From Dehalococcoidia bacterium (lineage in GTDB: Bacteria > Chloroflexota > Dehalococcoidia > Lucifugimonadales > UBA3495), in NCBI GenBank assembly GCA_963664375.1, contig OY761449.1, forward strand, positions 1,547,087 to 1,611,086: a stretch of DNA of 64,000 bases, written 5' to 3'. Shown piece by piece: positions 43,131 to 50,154 of this stretch. Made by a program: the position numbers and the translations under genes. The notes below the pieces were generated by a model. It had not been told where the DNA came from. It saw only the letters and a program-made list of their open reading frames with translations, and did no database searches. Position 1 is the first letter of the stretch. The number at the start of each line of letters is the position of its first letter.

Positions 43131-43597
43131 TGTGCGCCATTGTAGACGCCAATGTCCGGGACGAAGTATTTGGCGGCGCTTCCTCAGAGGCGGGGAAGTT
43201 TTTCCTGGACTGGTTGCGGAGGCCAAACGGCGGCCTGTTAGCATTGGGCGGCAAGCTAAGACAGGAACTAAGCGGGTTGGAGAATTTCCGGAGAATTTAT
43301 GATCTGCTGCGACTGAATGGCCGCATTGTGGATATAGACGACGATGTGGTTGACGCCGAAACCGCAGCCCTCGAAGCCCTGCGAATCTGCCGCTCCAACG
43401 ACGCCCACGTGCTCGCGCTGGCCCGGGTGAGTGGCGCCCGGTTGCTGTACACCAACGACCAGTCGCTTCAGGATGACTTCGGCGACCCTAGGATTGTCGC
43501 CAACCCAAGGGGCCGGGTCTATACCACCCGCCTGCGCAGCGATGTGAGGCCAACCCACCGCGAGTTGCTGGAGCGCGCCGACCTCTGCGCCCGCTGA
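43130..43597 (+). CDS. PIN-like nuclease domain protein
   Basis: The ATG shares its A with the ATPase TGA (TGATG). MCAIVDANV...., ...CRSNDAHVLALARVSGARLLYTNDQSL gives a PIN-like Asp pattern. Fold assignment is from motif reading only. Confidence 0.6.
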   Translation: MCAIVDANVRDEVFGGASSEAGKFFLDWLRRPNGGLLALGGKLRQELSGLENFRRIYDLLRLNGRIVDIDDDVVDAETAALEALRICRSNDAHVLALARVSGARLLYTNDQSLQDDFGDPRIVANPRGRVYTTRLRSDVRPTHRELLERADLCAR

Positions 43598-43705
43598 CTC
43601 GCCGCGCTTGACGTATTCCCAACCCCTTGGCTACACTTTCGCCAGCATCAGGCGGCCTGCCCCTGTTGTTTTTCCGTACCTGAAAATTTAACTGCGGACG
43701 GATTT

Positions 43706-44638
43706 ATGTGCGGCGTTAGCGGCATCCTTCACAAGTCCGCTGGTTTTGCCTCCGGGCTTTCCCCCGTGGGCGAACAGCTCATCCGTATGCTGGAACCGAT
43801 GACTCACCGCGGCCGGGATTCCAGCGGCGTGACCGTAGTCGGCGAGGACCTTGAAGGCGATTTGGTGGTGCGTCTCTGGACCGGGAGCGTACGGGAGGCG
43901 GCCGATGTCCTGGCCCGCGCCGAAGAGACCGTGCGCCGTGCGGGCGGGGTGGTATGCTCCAGCCATCACACCGGGCAGTTCCTGAGATTGGTCGTCAACT
44001 TTGAAGGAGAAACATCGGAACTCGCCGCCGCCCTGCTCGAAACCCCCGGGGTGGCCCTCCATAGCATCGGGCACACCTCCGAGGTCATAAAGGACGTGGG
44101 TACGCCGGTTGCCATGGACCAGCGGCACGACATCGGCGCTATTCGCGGCACCCACGGCATCGGGCACGTTCGGATGGCAACGGAAAGCCGCGTTGACGTA
44201 AATCACGCGCACCCCTTCTGGGCCTACCCGTTCCCCGACGTGTCGGTGGTGCATAACGGCCAGCTGACCAACTATCACAAGCTGCGCCGGATGTACGAGG
44301 ATCAGGGCCACCACTTCCAGACGGGCAACGATTCGGAGTTGATCGCGGTCTACCTTGCTGACAAGCTGGCCCATGGAGAGCAGCTTGACGACGCGCTTCG
44401 CTCCTCCCTGGACGATCTGGACGGGACGTTCACCTACCTGGTAGCCACCAGGGAAGGCTTGGGCTACGCCAAGGACGAATGGTCGGCCAAGCCACTGGTG
44501 ACCATGGAAACCGACGACGTCATCGCAATAGCATCCGAAGAAGTGGCCCTGCGCGGAATTCTGCCGCCCGGCATGGAAGGCGAGGAGATTGACCGGGTTG
44601 AGCCTCAGAAAAGCGAGGTAATGACCTGGTTACTATAG
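43706..44638 (+). CDS. class-II glutamine amidotransferase, glutamate-synthase-like (MgsA-type)
   Basis: MCGVSGIL has the N-terminal nucleophile Cys2. HRGRDSSG and the HVRMATES...HPF...VVHNGQLTNY Ntn-GATase pattern are present. Confidence 0.8.
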   Translation: MCGVSGILHKSAGFASGLSPVGEQLIRMLEPMTHRGRDSSGVTVVGEDLEGDLVVRLWTGSVREAADVLARAEETVRRAGGVVCSSHHTGQFLRLVVNFEGETSELAAALLETPGVALHSIGHTSEVIKDVGTPVAMDQRHDIGAIRGTHGIGHVRMATESRVDVNHAHPFWAYPFPDVSVVHNGQLTNYHKLRRMYEDQGHHFQTGNDSELIAVYLADKLAHGEQLDDALRSSLDDLDGTFTYLVATREGLGYAKDEWSAKPLVTMETDDVIAIASEEVALRGILPPGMEGEEIDRVEPQKSEVMTWLL

Positions 44639-44670
44639 ACGCCGCCGAACTGGACACCAGGGCAATCAAC

Positions 44671-45309
44671 GTGCAGCTCAAGGAGCTGGCGGCTCCGGGT
44701 AGCGAAATCACGGTTGCCAATCCCAACGCCCGGCACAACTTGGGCGTGGGCATTTTCGAGGACTGCGCCATCAGGTTTGCTGGCAGTGTCGGCTATTACG
44801 CCGCAAGCCTTCTGGACGGCCCTGAAGTGCTGATCGAAGGCAACGCTGGCTGGGCGGTCGGCGACAACATGATGAGCGGCAAGATTACGGTGACCCGCGA
44901 CGCCGGCGCATCGGCTGGCTCCACGATGCGGGGGGGCGAGCTGTTTATCGGCGGAAACGCGGGTGCCAGGGCTGGCATATCAATGAAAGGCGGCTCGCTG
45001 GTCATCGGCGGAAACGCGGGTTTCCTCACTGGCTTTATGATGCAGAAAGGCCGCATCATAATTTGCGGAGACGCTGGCGAGGCCCTCGGCGATTCCATGT
45101 ACGAAGGCGCCATCTACGTGGCCGGAAACATCGCCTCCCTCGGCGCAGACGCCACGGTCGAGGAAATGACCGAGGACGAACTGATCGACGTGCTGACGGT
45201 CCTGGAGGCGCGGGGCATCACCGACAAGCGCAGTTTTACCAAGGTGGTATCGGCCAAGCGATTCTACAATTACGATTCCCTGGAACGGCTGGAAAAATCG
45301 GCGCTGTAA
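44671..45309 (+). CDS. GXGXG-motif protein (glutamate synthase alpha C-terminal domain-like, MgsB-type)
   Basis: Repeated G.AG....G..M.GG beta-helix repeats. The listed GTG start probably truncates the protein, because the in-frame upstream peptide LVTIDAAELDTRAIN looks like part of it. Confidence 0.8.
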   Translation: MQLKELAAPGSEITVANPNARHNLGVGIFEDCAIRFAGSVGYYAASLLDGPEVLIEGNAGWAVGDNMMSGKITVTRDAGASAGSTMRGGELFIGGNAGARAGISMKGGSLVIGGNAGFLTGFMMQKGRIIICGDAGEALGDSMYEGAIYVAGNIASLGADATVEEMTEDELIDVLTVLEARGITDKRSFTKVVSAKRFYNYDSLERLEKSAL

Positions 45310-45378
45310 AATCGCGGGGCAGGTTCGAGCAGGCACAGCAACCGGAAGGCGGGAAACTGAGGGGGACGTAACGCTTCT

Positions 45379-46680
45379 ATGGTAATGGGCAGCAGTCAGA
45401 TCTGGTCTCCCTGGATCATTGACGACATCCACGCCAAGGCCGAGTTGGGCCGCTACCGCATTCGCGGCTTTTCTTCTTTCCAGAAGGTAACTCACTTCGA
45501 CGACCTCACGTTCCTGTCCACCGGCCTGACGCGCTTTCCCCTGGAAGGATACAAGGAGCGGTGCAACACCCGCACCGTCATCGGCGGCCTCCACTGCGAG
45601 AACCCGCTGGTGCTGGAAACGCCGGTGTACATCAGCGGCATGAGCTACGGCGCGCTGTCGGCCAACGCCAAGGTGGCGCTGGGCAAGGCCGCCGCCATGG
45701 TGGGTTCGGCGAGCTGCACCGGGGACGGCGGCATGCTCCCGGGCGAGCGGGCGGCGTCGGACAAGCTGATTTACCAGGTACTGCCCAGCCGCTACGGGTT
45801 CAACCCGCACCACCTGGTCGATGCTCAAGCCATCGAGATCGTGGTCGGCCAGGGCGCAAAGCCCGGCACCGGCGGCATGCTCATGGGCGTCAAGGTGCAG
45901 GACGACGTAGCCGAAATGCGCGACCTGCCGCTGGGCATTGACCAGCGCAGTCCGGCGCGGCACCCGGACTGGCTCGGCCCCGACGACCTGGCCATTAAGA
46001 TCGAACAGTTGCGGGAGGCCACCGACTGGCGGCTCCCGGTTCACGTCAAGCTGGGCGCATGCCGTGTGGATGACGACGTGAAACTGGCGGCCAAAGCCGG
46101 GGCCGACGCCATCGTTATCGACAGCATGATGGCTGGCACCGGGGCGTCGGCGGAGGTGCTGCTGGAGCACAGCGGCATTCCTACGGTCCCGGCAATCGTT
46201 ATGGCGCGGGAGGCCCTGCGGGAACTGGGACTGTACGGCAAGGTCAGCCTCATCGCGTCGGGCGGCATACGAAGCGGCGCGGACGCGGCCAAGGCGCTGG
46301 CGCTGGGCGCAGATGCCGTCGCCATCGGCATAGGCGCACTGGTCGCGCTGAACTGCAACAAGGAAATCCCCGAAAGCAATTTCGAAGAGGAAGTAGGTGT
46401 TCCCGCCGGGTATTGCCGTTTCTGTCAGACGGGCAAATGCCCGGTCGGTATTGCCACACAAGACCCGGTTTTGATGTCCCGACTGGACCCTGATGAGGGC
46501 GCTGAACGGGTAGCCAACTTCATCAACTCCATGACCATGGAAATGACCCTTCTCACCCGGTCTCTGGGGAAAGGCGACGTGCACAGCCTGGAGCCCGAAG
46601 ACCTGGCCGCCCTGACCATCGAGGCGTCGGCAATGGCGAGGGTGCCGCTGGTTGGCACCAACAAGGTTTTCGGCGAGTAG
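45379..46680 (+). CDS. FMN-binding glutamate synthase family protein (MgsC-type)
   Basis: 433 aa. ISGMSYGALS, VGQGAKPGTGGML and ASGGIRSGADAAKALALGADAV motifs of the GltB FMN domain. Confidence 0.85.
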   Translation: MVMGSSQIWSPWIIDDIHAKAELGRYRIRGFSSFQKVTHFDDLTFLSTGLTRFPLEGYKERCNTRTVIGGLHCENPLVLETPVYISGMSYGALSANAKVALGKAAAMVGSASCTGDGGMLPGERAASDKLIYQVLPSRYGFNPHHLVDAQAIEIVVGQGAKPGTGGMLMGVKVQDDVAEMRDLPLGIDQRSPARHPDWLGPDDLAIKIEQLREATDWRLPVHVKLGACRVDDDVKLAAKAGADAIVIDSMMAGTGASAEVLLEHSGIPTVPAIVMAREALRELGLYGKVSLIASGGIRSGADAAKALALGADAVAIGIGALVALNCNKEIPESNFEEEVGVPAGYCRFCQTGKCPVGIATQDPVLMSRLDPDEGAERVANFINSMTMEMTLLTRSLGKGDVHSLEPEDLAALTIEASAMARVPLVGTNKVFGE

Positions 46681-46726
46681 GGGCGCCTCTCGTGGGTGCC
46701 GGACAGCTAGGCCACTGCGGTAAAGA

Positions 46727-47650
46727 ATGCAGTTCTTTAATCGAAATGAGGAACTGGACCGGTACCGGGGAGCCCTGTTGGGGTTGGCCGTGGGAGATGC
46801 CTTGGGCGCGCCAGTGGAATTCATGCGACCGGGAACGTTCGATCCCGTGACCGAGATGCTCGGCGGCGGCCCCCACGGGCTGATGCCCGGCGAATGGACC
46901 GACGACACCTCCATGGCCCTCTGCCTGGCGGAAAGTCTGATCGAATGCCGGGGATTCAACGCCGTGGACCAGTTGCAGCGGTACGTCCGGTGGTGGCGCA
47001 ACGGACACCTGAGCAGCACCGGCTTCTGTTTCGACATTGGAAATACTACCAGGGCCGCCTTGGAAGCCTTCGAATCATCGGGAGAACCTTCCGGACTGAC
47101 ATCGCCGGACACGGCTGGCAACGGGTCGATCATGCGGCTTGCTCCTATCCCAATGTACTATGTCCTGAACCTAGAGGATGCCATTGAGTTCGCTGGCCAG
47201 AGTTCGATGACCACCCACGCCGCTGATGAGTCGGTAAGCGCCTGCCGCTACATGGCTGCCGTGATTGCCAGGGCGCTCCGCGGCCGCGAGAAAGAGGACG
47301 TCCTCGCGCCCCCGCGGTCTGCCGGTCTGGCGGACGGCGTAAAGAGAGTCGCGTTCGGGTCGTTCAGGATTTTCAATCCTCCTCAAATCAGGGGGAGCGG
47401 CTACGTGGTGGAATCGCTGGAGGCGGCCCTGTGGGCTTTCCATCACACGGACAACTTCGCCGACGGCGCTTGCATGGCGGTAAGCCTGGGCGAGGACTCC
47501 GACACCACGGCGGCGGTTTACGGCCAGATCGCCGGGGCCTTTTACGGGGCCAACTGCATACCCGCGCGGTGGGCCAATGCGGTGGTTCGAAAGGAATTGA
47601 TCATTGATTTCGCCGACCAGCTTTATCACCTGCGCCATGAGACGCTGTAA
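46727..47650 (+). CDS. ADP-ribosylglycohydrolase family protein (DraG-like)
   Basis: YRGALLGLAVGDALGAPVEF and GEWTDDTSMALCLAESL motifs. Confidence 0.85.
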   Translation: MQFFNRNEELDRYRGALLGLAVGDALGAPVEFMRPGTFDPVTEMLGGGPHGLMPGEWTDDTSMALCLAESLIECRGFNAVDQLQRYVRWWRNGHLSSTGFCFDIGNTTRAALEAFESSGEPSGLTSPDTAGNGSIMRLAPIPMYYVLNLEDAIEFAGQSSMTTHAADESVSACRYMAAVIARALRGREKEDVLAPPRSAGLADGVKRVAFGSFRIFNPPQIRGSGYVVESLEAALWAFHHTDNFADGACMAVSLGEDSDTTAAVYGQIAGAFYGANCIPARWANAVVRKELIIDFADQLYHLRHETL

Positions 47651-47725
47651 TATGCTTGTTGCCTGCTCCGCTCAGCAGCGGACGCCCGGAGTCGCCGGGC
47701 GCGCGTCCTCACTCCAATCCTGGGA

Positions 47726-49093
47726 GTGCTCCAGATGACCACCAGAAATGAAATAGAAAAGAGAATGCGGGACGACGGCATCCGTTTCCTGCTGGCCCAG
47801 TTCGTAGACCTTAACGGGTCCCCAAAGGTCAAGATGGTGCCGGTTGAGCACTTCGAGGATGTCCTGGACGAGGGGGCCGGGTTTGCCGGGGCCGCTCTCC
47901 CCGGCATGGGGCAGGGGCCTCACTCCCACGACATGCTCGCCCGCATTGACCTTGATTCCTACACGCGGGTGCCTTGGGACGACGGTCTGGCCCGCTTCGC
48001 CAGCGACCTGTTCGTGGACGGCGAACCTCACCCCTACTGCCCGCGTCAGCATTTCAAGTCGGTGCTGGCCAGCGCCCGCGGCGAAGGCTACGTCTTCAAC
48101 GTTGGCATAGAGCCGGAACACTTTCTGGTAACCAGGAAAGATAACGGATCCATTGAAGTGTGGGATCCTAACAACATCGACAGCCTGCGCAAGCCCTGCT
48201 ATGACTTCAAGGGCATCGCCAACGTCATGGGATACCTGCGGGACATGATGGACGCAATGCGCAGCATCGGCTGGGACGCCTATCAGTCCGACCACGAGGA
48301 CGCCAACGGTCAGTACGAGATCAACTTCCATTACTCCGATGCGCTCACCACCGCTGACCGGTACACCTTTTTCAAGATGATGACCAGCCAGTACGCCCAG
48401 CGGCACGGGGCCATCGCCACCCACATGGCCAAGCCGTTCACCGACCGCACCGGCAGCGGCGGCCACATCCACTACCACCTGGCGGACTCGGAAACCGGCG
48501 AAAACCTGTTCCTGGACAATGATGACCGGCGCGGGCTTGGGCTGTCCCAGATGGCCTATCACTTCATCGGGGGCGTTTTCGCCCACGCTCCGGCCCTCTG
48601 CGCTGTGATGTCGCCCACCGTCAACTGCTACAAGCGGTTGCAGGTCGGCCCGGCGCTGATGGGTTCCACGTCCGGTTTCCTTTGGACACCGGCTTTCGTG
48701 TCATACGGGGACAACAACCGCACGCAGATGATCCGAACGGCGGGGCCTGGTCATCTTGAGGACAGGACAATGTCGGCCGCCTGCAACCCCTACCTCGCCT
48801 TTGGCGCATACCTGTCCGCAGGTCTGGACGGCATCCGGCGCCAGCTTGATCCCGGCGAGCCACACCTCGGCAACCTGTACGACCTGGGCCTGGAGGAAAT
48901 TCGCCGCCGCGGCGTGCGCATGCTGCCCCAGTCCCTGGCTGAATCGCTGGAGGAATTGAAAGCCGACTCAGTGGTGCGCGACTCCCTGGGCGTAATCTAC
49001 GGCGAGTTCGTGGAGCAAAAGGAGGCCGAATGGCGCGAGTACCACCGGCAGGTAACCCCGTGGGAAATCGAGCGCTACCTTACGCTATTCTAA
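47726..49093 (+). CDS. glutamine synthetase family protein, probable gamma-glutamylmethylamide synthetase by context
   Basis: GS catalytic-domain layout (beta-grasp N-terminus FLLAQFVDLNGSPKVKMVP; HHEDANGQYEINF; GSGGHIHYHL). The GmaS assignment rests only on neighbouring genes. Confidence 0.8.
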   Translation: MLQMTTRNEIEKRMRDDGIRFLLAQFVDLNGSPKVKMVPVEHFEDVLDEGAGFAGAALPGMGQGPHSHDMLARIDLDSYTRVPWDDGLARFASDLFVDGEPHPYCPRQHFKSVLASARGEGYVFNVGIEPEHFLVTRKDNGSIEVWDPNNIDSLRKPCYDFKGIANVMGYLRDMMDAMRSIGWDAYQSDHEDANGQYEINFHYSDALTTADRYTFFKMMTSQYAQRHGAIATHMAKPFTDRTGSGGHIHYHLADSETGENLFLDNDDRRGLGLSQMAYHFIGGVFAHAPALCAVMSPTVNCYKRLQVGPALMGSTSGFLWTPAFVSYGDNNRTQMIRTAGPGHLEDRTMSAACNPYLAFGAYLSAGLDGIRRQLDPGEPHLGNLYDLGLEEIRRRGVRMLPQSLAESLEELKADSVVRDSLGVIYGEFVEQKEAEWREYHRQVTPWEIERYLTLF

Positions 49094-49129
49094 CCTCTGC
49101 AACTGGCCCGGGAAATTGAGGATGATGGT

Positions 49130-49501
49130 ATGGAAGATTCTCAGCTAGAAAGGTACAAGCTGGCTACCCTGGAAGTCCTTGAGTCCTTGGGCGGTATCGC
49201 CGACACTCGCCATTTGGCCGACTCGGTGTTCCTGAGTCTGGACGATGTGCCGCCCGAAGACCTTGATTATGACTATGCCGGTTTGTCACGCAATCTGCGT
49301 CTAGCCCGGGAGTCCCTGTTAAAGGAAGGGAATGTCACATTGACCGACGGAAGGATATGGCGCCTGGCTCGTCCTCAGCGTGCTCCCACAGCCGAGTCGT
49401 TTCAGCCAGACTTGGGGGAGGATGAATTCTGGGATCGTTTGACAATAGAGCAGTTCTTTGCAGGGTACTCTGAAGAGGATGCCCTGTATGACACAATCTA
49501 G
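49130..49501 (+). CDS. hypothetical protein, putative antitoxin of the MazF-like toxin
   Basis: 123 aa. It lies upstream of and overlaps the toxin gene. The C-terminal WDRLTIEQFFAGYSEEDALYD tail is antitoxin-like. The DNA is A/T-richer. Confidence 0.4.
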   Translation: MEDSQLERYKLATLEVLESLGGIADTRHLADSVFLSLDDVPPEDLDYDYAGLSRNLRLARESLLKEGNVTLTDGRIWRLARPQRAPTAESFQPDLGEDEFWDRLTIEQFFAGYSEEDALYDTI

Positions 49502-49829
49502 AAGTACCCGGAGATACTTGCTTGGTGACGTTGTAACTCTGGTGGACCCTGTAGCAGGTGGAGGTGTGCCTCGTCCGGCTTTAATTCTGGCGGATACTGG
49601 GGATGACGATGTTGTTGTTGCCCGTATCACTACTCACCAGACCAGGGATCCTTTCGATGTTTCACTTAACGACTTGTCGCACGCTAGACTGAACCGCCCG
49701 TCCGTAGTCAGGCCGCATAAGCTAGCCACAATACAGAGGAACAGAGTAAATCGCAAAATAGGCACTCTGTCAGACGCAGACTTAGGAAGGGTACAGGAAT
49801 CCTTTAGCCGGTTGGGTATAGTTGAATAG
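49488..49829 (+). CDS. MazF/PemK-family toxin
   Basis: YLLGDVVTLV.......PRPALILADTGDDDVVVARITTH......DV.L.....GL.RPSVVRPHKLATI.....NRKIGTLS pattern. Confidence 0.7.
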   Translation: MTQSRSTRRYLLGDVVTLVDPVAGGGVPRPALILADTGDDDVVVARITTHQTRDPFDVSLNDLSHARLNRPSVVRPHKLATIQRNRVNRKIGTLSDADLGRVQESFSRLGIVE

Positions 49830-49834
49830 CCATC

Positions 49835-50110
49835 ATGTCCTTCCTCCTGAAATGCCCCAACTGCGGGGAACGCAGCGTCAACGAGTTCCGCTTCGGCGGG
49901 GAGATCGTTTCCCGTCCGTCCCCGGATGCCGGAGCGGACGAATGGAGCAGCTATTTTTTCATGCGTCCTAACGTCGCTGGCATTCAGAGGGAGTGGTGGA
50001 ACCATCGGTACGGTTGCCGCCGCTGGTTCCAGGCCCTCAGGGACACCACGGGCAATTCAGTGCAGGCGACCTTCTGGCCCGGCCAGCAGCCGCCCGCGAC
50101 GGCTGGCTGA
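49835..50110 (+). CDS. soxD: sarcosine oxidase delta-subunit family protein (N-methylglutamate dehydrogenase delta-like by context)
   Basis: LLKCPNCGERSVNEFRFGGE.....W..YFFMRPNVAGIQREWWNHRYGCRRWF is the SoxD signature. Confidence 0.85.
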   Translation: MSFLLKCPNCGERSVNEFRFGGEIVSRPSPDAGADEWSSYFFMRPNVAGIQREWWNHRYGCRRWFQALRDTTGNSVQATFWPGQQPPATAG

Positions 50111-50154
50111 CCATCGCATCTCCGAACTCCACTCACGGCTGGGATACGCCCGAT

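Noticed and set aside
44599-44640. Programmed -1 frameshift joining the GATase and GXGXG genes
   Set aside because: The GXGXG frame is -1 relative to the GATase frame, but the overlap (CAGAAAAGCGAGG) has no X-XXY-YYZ slippery heptamer in the right register and no obvious downstream structure. A non-canonical start is the simpler explanation.
44980-47133. 717-aa minus-strand ORF
   Set aside because: It lies antisense to the GXGXG, FMN glutamate-synthase-like and ADP-ribosylglycohydrolase genes, all of which have clear family motifs. It is a shadow ORF.
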